Below, piece after piece: positions 9,314 through 18,098 of a stretch of DNA of 48,457 bases. The translations under genes and the position numbers were made by a program. A model generated the notes under the pieces. That model saw nothing but the letters and a program-made list of their open reading frames with translations, did no database searches and was not told the origin of the DNA. The stretch is taken from NCBI GenBank assembly GCA_051305915.1, contig JBPPMF010000291.1, forward strand, positions 1-48,457, given 5' to 3'. Position 1 is the stretch's first letter, and each line of letters begins with the position of its first letter. This DNA comes from Thiobacillus sp. (lineage in GTDB: Bacteria > Pseudomonadota > Gammaproteobacteria > Burkholderiales > Thiobacillaceae).

Positions 9314-9449
9314 ACCGCGGCACGATTTCGTGAGGGTGATCTAGACTCGAAGTGTCACGCGTAAATCGCGGCAGTGAGGCGCGGCGTTCGGCCATGCCGG
9401 TCCTGCTTGTCCCGATGCCGCCAGCGTAGCGCTTGCTGGTCGCCTCGGT

Positions 9450-10013
9450 TTATTCGCGGAAACCTTCCACTTCGATGGCGAGTTTCACTTCATCGCCGAT
9501 CAGGGGAATGCCGTAGTTCATGCCGAAATCCGAACGGCGTATTGTGGTGTGTACATCCGCGCCACAAAAATTCCGGAAGCTAGGAAAGTGCCGGCCGCAG
9601 GCGAATTCGCGGATTTCCAACATGACCGGCCGGGTGACGCCGAGCATGGTCAGTTCACCCTGAGCAAAGACTGGAATGCCGTCCTGGAACGTCACGTCGC
9701 GGGAGACGAAGCGAATCTCGGGGAAGCGGGCGGTGTTGAAGAAATTGCTGCCCAGCAGCTTGCGGTTCAGTTCGTCGTGGCCGGTATCGCCCGAACCGGC
9801 ATCCACGCTCACCTCGATCAGATTGGCGGCCGGATTTTGCGCGTCCAGCACCACCTGGCCGCGGCTGCGGTTGAACTTGCCGCGCAGGATGGAAACTTTC
9901 TGGTGACGAATCTCGAAGCTGGGGAAGGTATGTTCCGGATCGAGCACATAACGATCGGCTGCCCACAGGCTGGGCGATACGAGCATCAGCAGGATGAGTG
10001 CAAGCTTGTTCAT
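9450..10013 (-). CDS. YceI family polyisoprenoid-binding periplasmic protein
   Basis: Signal peptide; YVLDPEHT, FFNTARFPEIRF, GELTMLGVTRPV and IRRSDFGM motifs. Confidence 0.92.
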   Translation of the reverse strand: MNKLALILLMLVSPSLWAADRYVLDPEHTFPSFEIRHQKVSILRGKFNRSRGQVVLDAQNPAANLIEVSVDAGSGDTGHDELNRKLLGSNFFNTARFPEIRFVSRDVTFQDGIPVFAQGELTMLGVTRPVMLEIREFACGRHFPSFRNFCGADVHTTIRRSDFGMNYGIPLIGDEVKLAIEVEGFRE

Positions 10014-10564
10014 GCGGGGTTCCTCGCGGGCAGCAAAATGATCCTGAAGCGGATGTCGGCTTCGTTGGCGACCACATCATCCCAGTCGCCGCCGCCGATG
10101 CCAAAATCCGAGCGTTTCAGCGGAAACCGTCCCTGTGCCAGCCAGCCACCGCCGGGTTGGCGCAGCAGCGAGAAGGGCGCCGCGAGGGGCCGCGTCTGCC
10201 CCTTAATGGTCATGTTGCCTTGGGCGGTATAACTGCCGTTTGCCTCCTTGCGCACGCTGGTCGAGACGAACGCCGCTTTCGGATGGCGCGCGCTGTCGAA
10301 CCAGACCGGGCGCTTGACCTCGCTGTCGCCTTCGTCCGACCCGGTGTCGATGCTGTTGATATCGACCTCGATCCGGAAACTGCCGGCTTCCGGCTTGGCG
10401 GGATCGAAGCTGGCCCGGGCGGAGAAGCGCTTGAACCCGCCCTCGGAGGGCACGTTCATCTGCTTGATGGCGAAAGCAAGCTGGCTCTTGCCGGGATCCA
10501 TCGTCCAGTCCTGGGCTGCGGCAGGCAGGGCGATAAAAGCCAATAACATCAACAGGGTTTTCAT
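10010..10564 (-). CDS. YceI family periplasmic protein
   Basis: Signal peptide MKTLLMLLAFIALPAAA; SIDTG, WFDSARHPKAAF, GNMTIKG and LKRSDFGIG motifs; ATGA overlap with the next yceI. Confidence 0.92.
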   Translation of the reverse strand: MKTLLMLLAFIALPAAAQDWTMDPGKSQLAFAIKQMNVPSEGGFKRFSARASFDPAKPEAGSFRIEVDINSIDTGSDEGDSEVKRPVWFDSARHPKAAFVSTSVRKEANGSYTAQGNMTIKGQTRPLAAPFSLLRQPGGGWLAQGRFPLKRSDFGIGGGDWDDVVANEADIRFRIILLPARNPA

Positions 10565-10719
10565 GTGCTTTTCCTCGATCGGGTCTGCCAAGTGATTGGG
10601 TTTACGCAACGGAGTTCCCGCGCGCTCGCGGCGAACGCATCTTACCGCGACGAGTCTCACCCAAACCCTGACATGTCGAAGATTACGTTACCTTATCCTT
10701 TTCTTATTCGCTGAATCCC

Positions 10720-11190
10720 ATGGCTCATCCCACCCATCGTCCGCGCACCCTGATCCTGCCACCCGCACCCTATGCGGCCGCGTTGCTGGGCGGTTGGTGG
10801 CTGGACGCCAACGTCCATTCCCTTATGTGGGATTGGGGCACGCTGACACGACCGCTAGGCTGGCTGGGGGTGGCCATCGGCTTGACGCTGTTCGCCTGGA
10901 CGCTGCTGACTTTCTGGCGCCATCGCACCACGGTCAATCCCTACAAGGCGGCATCCAGCCTGTGCACCGAAGGGCCTTTCCGCTTAAGCCGCAATCCAAT
11001 CTATGTCGGCGACTGGTTCATCCTGGTCGGTGTCTCGCTGCTGCTGGCGACCTGGTGGCCGCTGCTGTTCGCGCCGCTGATCTGGGCGATGCTGCGCTAC
11101 GGTGTGATTCGCCACGAGGAGGCCCACCTGGAAGCAAAGTTCGGTGAAGCTTATCGGGATTACAAAACTCGGGTGAGGCGCTGGCTGTGA
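10720..11190 (+). CDS. ICMT/PEMT family membrane methyltransferase
   Basis: TTVNPYK..L.TEGPFRLSRNPIY..IRHEEAHLEAKFGEAYRDYKTRVRRW. Confidence 0.9.
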   Translation: MAHPTHRPRTLILPPAPYAAALLGGWWLDANVHSLMWDWGTLTRPLGWLGVAIGLTLFAWTLLTFWRHRTTVNPYKAASSLCTEGPFRLSRNPIYVGDWFILVGVSLLLATWWPLLFAPLIWAMLRYGVIRHEEAHLEAKFGEAYRDYKTRVRRWL

Positions 11191-12248
11191 CGTGTGCCCG
11201 ATTCGCCTGGCTGACGCTGGGTGCTCTAGCGTTGCTGAGCGGTTGCGCCGGCCTGCAGGACAATCCCTACTACGACCCCGCCAAGCCCCACCATACACCG
11301 ACCGGTTTTCGCAATCCCGACCCCGGTGGTATGAAGGCCGAGGGCTTCTGGCGCTGGCAATGGGAACGCCGCCTGACCGGGCTGCCCAAGCAGTCCGACG
11401 CCGCGCACCGCGACTGGCGTGTGGCGCCCGACCTGGCGCTGCTGCATGAGCCCGCCGGCAACCCCAGCGTCACTTGGATCGGCCATGCCACCCTGCTGCT
11501 GCGGCTGGGCGGACTCAATGTGCTGACCGATCCGCATTTCTCCAAGCGCGCCTCGCCGGTCGGCTTTGCCGGCCCCAGGCGCTACCAGCCGCCGGGGGTG
11601 GCGCTGGCGGAGCTGCCGCAGATTCATGCGGTGGTGATTTCGCACAGCCACTACGACCATCTTGACGTCGATAGCGTGCGGCAGCTGCACCAGCGTAGTG
11701 GCGGCACGCTGCGTTTCTTTGTGCCGCTGGGGCTAAAGCCGTGGTTTGCCGATCTCGGCATCGACACGGTGACCGAGCTCGACTGGTGGGAGCATGCCGA
11801 GCTCGGAGGGGTGCGCTTTACCCTCACCCCGGTCCAGCATTGGAGCGCTCGCAGCCTGTTCGATCGCAACCGCACCCTGTGGGGCGGCTGGGCGATCCGC
11901 GCGCCCAATCTCAACTTCTTCTTTTCCGGCGATACCGGTTATTCACCTGATTTCAAACAAATCGGCCGCCGCCTCGGCCCCTTCGATTTCGCTGCCCTAC
12001 CCATTGGCGCCTATGAACCTCGGTGGTTCATGCGGGCGCAGCACGTCGATCCGGTCGAGGCGCTAAAAATTCACCAGGATATCCGGGCGCGCCAGTCGCT
12101 GGGTGTGCATTGGGGCACGTTTGAAATGGCGGATGAAGCGCTCGATGAGCCGCCGCGCGAACTGGCGAAGGCACGCCTGGCAGCGGGCATGGAGGAGTCG
12201 GTGTTTTTCGTGCTGCGGGTGGGCGAGACCCGGCGCATCGCGCCCTAA
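11187..12248 (+). CDS. Metallo-beta-lactamase-fold hydrolase (RomA/NAPE-PLD-like), lipoprotein
   Basis: Lipobox LLSGC; WIGHAT, LTDPHFS, SHSHYDHLD, FSGDTGY, LPIGAYEPRWFM and HWGTF motifs. Confidence 0.9.
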   Translation: MTCARFAWLTLGALALLSGCAGLQDNPYYDPAKPHHTPTGFRNPDPGGMKAEGFWRWQWERRLTGLPKQSDAAHRDWRVAPDLALLHEPAGNPSVTWIGHATLLLRLGGLNVLTDPHFSKRASPVGFAGPRRYQPPGVALAELPQIHAVVISHSHYDHLDVDSVRQLHQRSGGTLRFFVPLGLKPWFADLGIDTVTELDWWEHAELGGVRFTLTPVQHWSARSLFDRNRTLWGGWAIRAPNLNFFFSGDTGYSPDFKQIGRRLGPFDFAALPIGAYEPRWFMRAQHVDPVEALKIHQDIRARQSLGVHWGTFEMADEALDEPPRELAKARLAAGMEESVFFVLRVGETRRIAP

Positions 12249-13048
12249 CTCATAAGCGGCAAATTGAGCAATTCGCAGGCGTTGATGCGGGTTTGGCGCG
12301 CAATCAAATCGCGATCGCATCCGCGCATCTCAGCCAGCGTCTGTGCAATGCGCGGCAACTCGCCTGGCGCATTGCGCCCGCGCCCGATCCACACCGGCGG
12401 GATATCCGGGCTGTCGGTCTCCAGCACGATGGCCTCCAGCGGCAGGGCGACCGCCAGCCGGCGCAGGTTGTTGGCGCGCGGCCAGGTGAAGGCGCCGCCG
12501 AAGCCGAGCTTGAATCCCAGTTTGATGAATTCGTCCGCCTGCTGCGGACTGCCGTTGAAGGCATGGGCGATGCCGCCGCGCACCCGGATTTTGCGCAGGT
12601 GTTTCAGCGCTTCGTCGTTGGCTTTACGACAGTGCAGCAGCACCGGCAAATCGTATTCCCGCGCGATTTTCAGCTGCTCGACGTAGAAGAATTCCTGCGT
12701 CGCGTAGTCGAGGTCTTTGACGAACAGATCGAGTCCGATTTCGCCGATGGCGACCGGGTGCAGTCGCTCGATCTGTGCACGCAGGTCGGCCAGGTGCTCG
12801 GGGCGGTGTACATCGAGCAGCATGGGATGCATGCCCCACGCCGGCAGGCAGCCGCGATAGCGTGCGCAGGTGGCTGCCACGGCGGCGAAGTTGTCGCGGC
12901 TGACGGCGGGAATCACCAGGGTATCGACGCCGCCGGCGATCGCCGCGGCATAAACCGCATCGCGATCAGCATCGAACTCGGCCGCATCGAGATGGCAGTG
13001 GGAGTCGATAAAAAACGGCGTCTTCAAGGGCGCCGTTTCAGGATGCAT
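12245..13048 (-). CDS. TatD family hydrolase/nuclease
   Basis: IDSHCHLD, IGEIGLD, LLHCR, IAHAF and LETDSPD motifs; exact start uncertain. Confidence 0.92.
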   Translation of the reverse strand: MHPETAPLKTPFFIDSHCHLDAAEFDADRDAVYAAAIAGGVDTLVIPAVSRDNFAAVAATCARYRGCLPAWGMHPMLLDVHRPEHLADLRAQIERLHPVAIGEIGLDLFVKDLDYATQEFFYVEQLKIAREYDLPVLLHCRKANDEALKHLRKIRVRGGIAHAFNGSPQQADEFIKLGFKLGFGGAFTWPRANNLRRLAVALPLEAIVLETDSPDIPPVWIGRGRNAPGELPRIAQTLAEMRGCDRDLIARQTRINACELLNLPLMS

Positions 13049-13064
13049 GTTGCGCACGTGCTTC

Positions 13065-13108
13065 GCTCCCCCTCTCCCCAACCCTCCCCCTCAAGGGGGG
13101 GAGGGAGC
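13065..13108 (+). repeat. Short palindromic interspersed repeat (CCCCTCTCCCCAACCCTCCCCC-N4-GGGGGGGAGGGAG), intergenic copy
   Basis: GC-rich hairpin between yccA and tatD; a related copy lies at 14757-14796 on the opposite strand. Confidence 0.7.
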
Positions 13109-13128
13109 AAACGCTAGGCCCAACCCGT

Positions 13129-13794
13129 TTAATCGTTGTTGGCAAAACCCAGCAGATGCAGCAGGCTGGTGAACAGGTTGAAGATCGACACGAACAGCGT
13201 GACGGTCGCCATGATGTAGTTGGTTTCGCCGCCGTGAATGATTTCGCTGGTCTGGTACAGGATGAGACCGGACATCAGGAGCACAAACATCGCCGAGACT
13301 GCCAGCGATAGGCCGGGCATCTCGAAGAAGATGGCGCCGAGGCCGGCGAGGAAGGCAACCAGGATGCCGACCATGAGGAAACCACCCATGAAGCTGAAGT
13401 CCTTGCGGGTGGTCATCACATAGGCCGACAGGGCGAGGAAGATCGCGGCGGTGCCGCCCATCGCCATCATCACCACCTGGCTGCCGTTGGGCAGAGAGAG
13501 GTAGGCATTGAGGATGGGGCCGAGCGTGTAGCCCATGAAGCCGGTCAGCGCGAAGACGAAACCGATGCCCAAGCCGCTGTCGCGGAACTTGGTGGTCAGG
13601 AACAGCAGGCCGAAGTAGCCGACCAAGGTGATGATGAGGCCGGGGTGCGGCAGGTTCAGCGACATCGACACGCCAGCGGTCAGCGCGGCAAAGGCCAGCG
13701 TCATCGACAGCAGCATGTAGGTGTTCTTGACGACCTTGTTGGTCGACGACACAGCGGACTGACTACGGCCCAGGGTGGTGACTTGCGGGTTCAT
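13129..13794 (-). CDS. yccA: Bax inhibitor-1/YccA family membrane protein (FtsH modulator)
   Basis: TNKVVKNTYMLLSMTL, TGFMGYTLGPIL, KDFSFMGGFL and GGETNYIMATVTLFVSIFNLF motifs; about 7 TM; RBS GAGGAG. Confidence 0.93.
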   Translation of the reverse strand: MNPQVTTLGRSQSAVSSTNKVVKNTYMLLSMTLAFAALTAGVSMSLNLPHPGLIITLVGYFGLLFLTTKFRDSGLGIGFVFALTGFMGYTLGPILNAYLSLPNGSQVVMMAMGGTAAIFLALSAYVMTTRKDFSFMGGFLMVGILVAFLAGLGAIFFEMPGLSLAVSAMFVLLMSGLILYQTSEIIHGGETNYIMATVTLFVSIFNLFTSLLHLLGFANND

Positions 13795-13836
13795 TTAAGC
13801 TCCTCTTAATTAAATGGCAAAACAGTTTGCCTGTAC

Positions 13837-13864
13837 TAGAGTCGATTCGACCGGCACAGGTTCC
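13837..13864 (-). promoter_or_regulatory. Possible RpoE/ECF-sigma promoter upstream of yccA
   Basis: Minus strand GGAACCT-N15-ACTCTA resembles the sigmaE consensus GGAACTT...TCTAA, about 40 bp upstream of the start. Confidence 0.35.
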
Positions 13865-13961
13865 CGAATGCATCCGGGATTGAACATGAGGATACCGGGA
13901 TACGGGCCGGCTTGCTACCTGCAACCTTGCCCGCGTTGCGGTTTTGGTTCAGGGGCCGTGT

Positions 13962-14726
13962 TTATTCGCCAGGTTTCTTGTTGCCCATCATCAGGTTCAT
14001 CAGTTCGCCCGGCATCGGGAAAACGATGGTGTTGGTCCTGTCGCCGGCGATGTTGGACAGCGTCTGCAGATAGCGCAGTTGCATCGCCTGCGGCCTGGCG
14101 GAGAGAATCTCTGCCGCGGCCAGCAGTTTTTCCGAGGCCTGTAATTCGCCCTCGGCATGAATGATCTTGGCGCGCCGTTCGCGTTCGGCTTCGGCCTGCT
14201 TGGCAATGGCGCGCACCATGGTTTCGTCGATGTCGACGTGTTTGATCTCGACGTTGGAGACCTTGATGCCCCAGGCGTCGGTCTGCGCGTCCAGCGCCTT
14301 CTGAATGTCGGAGTTGAGGGTTTCGCGCTCAGCCAGCATTTCGTCGAGTTCGTGCTTGCCCAGCACCGCGCGCAGCGTGGTCTGCGCCAGCTGGCTGGTA
14401 GCGTTCATGTAGTCCTCCACCTGCAGGATCGATTTGGCCGGATCCATGACGCGGAAATACACCACCGCGTTGACCCTGACCGAGACGTTGTCGCGCGAGA
14501 TCACGTCCTGGCTCGGCACGTCGAACACCACGGTGCGCAGGTCGACCCGCACCATCTGCTGGATGCCGGGAATGATGATGACCAGCCCCGGCCCCTTCAC
14601 CTTCCAGAAGCGCCCGAGCATGAATACCACGCCACGCTCGTATTCGCGCAGGATGCGGATGCTGGCGACCAGCAGCGCGGCGATTACAAAGACGATGGTG
14701 ATACCGCCGAATTCAAACATGTTCAT
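13962..14726 (-). CDS. Slipin/stomatin (SPFH, band 7) family protein
   Basis: [37 protein letters not shown] and [13 protein letters not shown] motifs. Confidence 0.95.
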   Translation of the reverse strand: MNMFEFGGITIVFVIAALLVASIRILREYERGVVFMLGRFWKVKGPGLVIIIPGIQQMVRVDLRTVVFDVPSQDVISRDNVSVRVNAVVYFRVMDPAKSILQVEDYMNATSQLAQTTLRAVLGKHELDEMLAERETLNSDIQKALDAQTDAWGIKVSNVEIKHVDIDETMVRAIAKQAEAERERRAKIIHAEGELQASEKLLAAAEILSARPQAMQLRYLQTLSNIAGDRTNTIVFPMPGELMNLMMGNKKPGE

Positions 14727-14731
14727 TCTCC

Positions 14732-16141
14732 TTAAGTCGCTTTGGGCTCAGCCTTTGTACTCTCTCCCGCTAGCGGGAGAGAGTTGGGGAGGGGGCCAGA
14801 GGGTTCAATATCCAGTAACAGATCGTGGCGGGCGCGCACCCGCACCCGGCTGCCGCGTTTGAGCGGCACTTTGCTGCGCACCCGCCACTGCTCGCCGTGG
14901 ATGTGAGCCCAGCCTTCGAATTCCATGTCTTCCAGGATTTCGCCGGTGGCGCCGATCATTTCCTCGGCGCCCGTCACCACCGGCCGCGCACGTGCCTTGA
15001 TCGCCATGCCGACGACAAAGAAGCTGAACAGGCCGCTCGCCACCGCCACTGGCACGATCAGCATCCACGGGATGCCGTAGCCCGGAATGTCGGTGTCGAT
15101 CAGCATCACCGAGCCGATGACGAAGGCGATGATGCCCCCCAGCCCCAGCGCGCCAAAGCTGGGCAGAAAGGCCTCCGAAATCATCAGCACGATGCCGAGA
15201 ATCATCAGCGCCAGCCCGACATGGCTGATCGGCATGACCTGCAGCGCGAACAGCGCCAACAGCAGGCAGATGCCGCCGACCACGCCGGGGAACAGCATGC
15301 CGGGATTGGAGAATTCGTAGATCAGCCCGTAGATGCCAAGCAGCATCAGGATGTAGGCGATGCCGGGGTCGCCGATTACCGCGAGCAGGCGGCTGCGCCA
15401 GTCGGGCTCGACCTGCTCGATGGCGGCATTCGAGGTGTCGAGCGTGACCGTCTGGCCGTCCATCTTGATGACGCGGCCATTGACCTGCTTCAGCAGGTCG
15501 TCGAGGTCGGTCGCCACCAGGTCGATCACCTTCAGTTCCAGCGCTTCGCTGGCCGGCAGGCTCACCGCTTCGCGCACTGCCCGCTCGGCCCATTCGGCAT
15601 TGCGTTCGCGCAGTTCGGCCAGCCCGCGGATGTAGGCCGCGGCGTCATGCACCGCCTTGCGCATCTTGGCATCGCCCGGCGGGGCGTCGGCAGGCTTGGT
15701 TGCGTCGGGTTTCTCCCGTGCGCCGGGCTTGTCGCCGCCCACGGGCACCAGTTCAACCGGCGTCGCCGCGCCCAGATTGGTGGCCGGCGCCATCGCAGCG
15801 ATGTGGCTGGCGTACAGGATATAAGTGCCGGCGCTGGCGGCGCGCGCGCCCTTGGGCGAGACATAGGTGGCGACCGGCACCGGTGAAGCGAGGATGGCCT
15901 TGATGATGTCGCGCATCGAAGTGTCGAGCCCGCCCGGCGTGTCCATCTCGATCACGATCAGATGGGCCTGGTGCTCGATCGCCTTGTCGATGCCTCGCAG
16001 CAGGTAATCGGCACTGGCCGGGCTGATCGCGCCCTGCACGGTCAGCACCCGCACCATCGCTGCGCTCGCAGGCGCGGTCAGCCCGAGAATCAGGCAGACG
16101 GGCAGAATAAGGCTGGAAAGCAAGCGAAGCAGGTTGACCAT
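14732..16141 (-). CDS. nfeD: Long-form NfeD membrane-bound serine protease (ClpP-like domain, TM region, OB-fold)
   Basis: [37 protein letters not shown] and GEQW motifs; upstream of slipin as is typical. Confidence 0.93.
   Translation of the reverse strand: MVNLLRLLSSLILPVCLILGLTAPASAAMVRVLTVQGAISPASADYLLRGIDKAIEHQAHLIVIEMDTPGGLDTSMRDIIKAILASPVPVATYVSPKGARAASAGTYILYASHIAAMAPATNLGAATPVELVPVGGDKPGAREKPDATKPADAPPGDAKMRKAVHDAAAYIRGLAELRERNAEWAERAVREAVSLPASEALELKVIDLVATDLDDLLKQVNGRVIKMDGQTVTLDTSNAAIEQVEPDWRSRLLAVIGDPGIAYILMLLGIYGLIYEFSNPGMLFPGVVGGICLLLALFALQVMPISHVGLALMILGIVLMISEAFLPSFGALGLGGIIAFVIGSVMLIDTDIPGYGIPWMLIVPVAVASGLFSFFVVGMAIKARARPVVTGAEEMIGATGEILEDMEFEGWAHIHGEQWRVRSKVPLKRGSRVRVRARHDLLLDIEPSGPLPNSLPLAGESTKAEPKAT
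14757..14796 (-). repeat. Second copy of the palindromic repeat, inside the nfeD 3' coding region
   Basis: Perfect 26-bp palindrome ACTCTCTCCCGCTAGCGGGAGAGAGT (14759-14784) followed by TGGGGAGGGGG; translated as [13 protein letters not shown]. Confidence 0.7.
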
Positions 16142-16157
16142 GCATTCACTTTAGACG

Positions 16158-16180
16158 GAAAAACCCGGCTTGTGCCGGGT
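16158..16180 (-). terminator. Intrinsic terminator after the OmpA-family gene
   Basis: Minus strand ACCCGGC-ACAA-GCCGGGT followed by TTTT. Confidence 0.65.
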
Positions 16181-16194
16181 CAGCATGGCATCGC

Positions 16195-16872
16195 TCAGTT
16201 CGCGACTACCGGCTCAATCCACAATTCGACCCGGCGGTTCAGCGCACGCCCCGACTCGGTGTTGTTGTCCGCGCGCGGTTGGGTCTCACCCCGGCCATAG
16301 GCTTCCAGACGCAGCGGGTTGACGTTCTGGCTGGCGAAGTAGTCCAGCACCGATTGCGCACGCCGCTCGGACAGCACCTGGTTGTCGGCATGGGTGCCGA
16401 TGCTGTCGGTATGGCCAATCACGGTGACGGCGGTTTTTCCATACTGATTGAGCACGCGCGCAATTTTGTTCAGCGTGGTGGTGTAGCCGGGTTTCAGCAC
16501 GGTGGAGAGGTTATCGAAGCCGGTGGTCGAGGTCATGCTGACCAGCAGGGCATTGTCGCTGGCGCGTTTCTCAATGCTGATCTCGCCACGCTGGATTTCC
16601 GGCTGCAACTGCACTTCCAGGTCCTTGGCCTGTTTGTCCATGTAATAGCCGACACCGGTTCCGGCCAGACCGCCGCCGACCGCTCCGATCAACGCGCCCT
16701 TGCTGCGATCCTTGCGGTTGATCAGCGCGCCCAGCACCGCGCCGCTTGCGGTACCGATAATGGCGCCCGTCTGAGTCTTGGATAGATCACGCGAGTCACC
16801 CAGATCGTTGGTCGCACAGGCGGAGAGCAGAAAAGTGGCAAGCAGAGGGAGTGCAATTAGGGGAGTACGCAT
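16195..16872 (-). CDS. OmpA family lipoprotein with glycine zipper (YiaD-like)
   Basis: Lipobox LLSAC; GAIIG/GALIG zipper; GHTDSIG..N..LSERRA..V; NRRVE. Confidence 0.93.
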   Translation of the reverse strand: MRTPLIALPLLATFLLSACATNDLGDSRDLSKTQTGAIIGTASGAVLGALINRKDRSKGALIGAVGGGLAGTGVGYYMDKQAKDLEVQLQPEIQRGEISIEKRASDNALLVSMTSTTGFDNLSTVLKPGYTTTLNKIARVLNQYGKTAVTVIGHTDSIGTHADNQVLSERRAQSVLDYFASQNVNPLRLEAYGRGETQPRADNNTESGRALNRRVELWIEPVVAN

Positions 16873-16988
16873 GGGTCAATCCTTTGGGTGATGTGCGGCA
16901 GCGGAATGCGCCGCAGTCGTTTTGGCTTAAGTGAGGATACGTGGTTTGCTTTCTTTCGTCTGTTGCATAGCGCACATAACGGGCTCGT

Positions 16989-17318
16989 TCAATCTGCCGG
17001 GGTGTCGTTGTCCGGCGGCATGGCGGCGAGCGATCTGACCTTCAGGTGCAGCGCCGCCTTGGCGAGCAGGTGCGCGGAGACCGGCGCGGTGATGAACAAG
17101 AACAGCGTGACCAGCACCTCGTGCAGGCTGACGCCTTCCTCGCGCACGCTGAAGTACACGGCGGAGGCGATCAGCAGGCAGCCGACGCCCAGCGTGGTGG
17201 CCTTGGTGGGGCCGTGCAGGCGGGTGTAGAAGTCGCGCAGGCGGGCCAGCCCGAGCGAGCCGATGAAGGTGAAGATCGCGCCGGTCAGAATCAGCAGGGA
17301 AAGCAGGATGTCGATCAT
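16989..17318 (-). CDS. mrpG: Mrp/Pha Na+(K+)/H+ antiporter subunit G
   Basis: GSLGLARLRDFYTRLHGPTKATTLG and FLFITAPVSAH motifs. Confidence 0.93.
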   Translation of the reverse strand: MIDILLSLLILTGAIFTFIGSLGLARLRDFYTRLHGPTKATTLGVGCLLIASAVYFSVREEGVSLHEVLVTLFLFITAPVSAHLLAKAALHLKVRSLAAMPPDNDTPAD

Positions 17319-17331
17319 GGTTGCCCGGTCC

Positions 17332-17604
17332 TCATTCGATGATGTCGCCGCGAAGCAGGTACTTGCATAGCGCCACTGTGCCGACGAAGCCCATCATCGC
17401 GATCAGGAGCGCCGCCTCGAAATAGATGGCGCTGCCGAGGTGGATGCCGAGCAGCACCAAGAGCGCGATGGTGTTCACGTACAGGGTGTCGAGCGCGAGG
17501 ATGCGGTCGGGCGCATCGGGGCCCCGGAGCAGGCGCCAGAAGCTCAGCAGGAAAGCCAGGGTGACCAGCGCGTACGCAATCGGAATGACGGTCTCCAGCA
17601 TCAT
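17332..17604 (-). CDS. mrpF: Mrp/Pha antiporter subunit F
   Basis: RLLRGPDAPDRILALDTL and FEAALLIAMMGFVGTVA motifs; true start ATG 17604 (ATGA overlap with mrpE). Confidence 0.93.
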   Translation of the reverse strand: MMLETVIPIAYALVTLAFLLSFWRLLRGPDAPDRILALDTLYVNTIALLVLLGIHLGSAIYFEAALLIAMMGFVGTVALCKYLLRGDIIE

Positions 17605-18098
17605 GCGTTCTCCTGTTCGAAGATTTTCTGCAGCGGCGTTTCGTAGCGTTGCTTGATTTCGGCGACCAGTGCGGCGGCGTCGCCGGTGTCGAGCGTGTGT
17701 ACGATCAGCGTGCGCTTGTCCATGCTCAGGCTCGCTGACACCGTGCCCGGTGTCAGCGAGATCGTGTTGGCCAGCAAACTGATGGCGAGATCGGTTTTGA
17801 GCACCAGCGGCACTTCGACAAAGACCGGGCGCAGGCGGGTCGGGCCTTTCAGAATCAGCCAGGCGACATGGAAGCTGCCACGCACGATGTCGATGACGAA
17901 CACGCCGAGGAAGCGTAACAGGGTGAGCGGATGGCGGATGCGGATCCGTTCCGGCCAGAAGCTCGAGGTGGCAAAGGGAATTAGCCAGCCGAGCAGCGCG
18001 CCCAGCACGATGTGCCCGGCGGAAAGCTGGTTGACCAGCAGCAGCCACAGGATGGCGAGCGTGAGCGTCAGCAGGGGATGCGGCAGGAAACGTCTCAT
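17601..18098 (-). CDS. mrpE: Mrp/Pha antiporter subunit E
   Basis: MRRFLPHP, LANTISLTPGT, LIVHTLD and IKQRYE motifs; start ATG 18098. Confidence 0.93.
   Translation of the reverse strand: MRRFLPHPLLTLTLAILWLLLVNQLSAGHIVLGALLGWLIPFATSSFWPERIRIRHPLTLLRFLGVFVIDIVRGSFHVAWLILKGPTRLRPVFVEVPLVLKTDLAISLLANTISLTPGTVSASLSMDKRTLIVHTLDTGDAAALVAEIKQRYETPLQKIFEQENA

Noticed and set aside
9314-9449. Imperfect inverted repeat and CRP-like GTGATCTAGA
   Set aside because: Only one half-site matches and it lies between convergent genes; not a convincing attC, dif site or operator.
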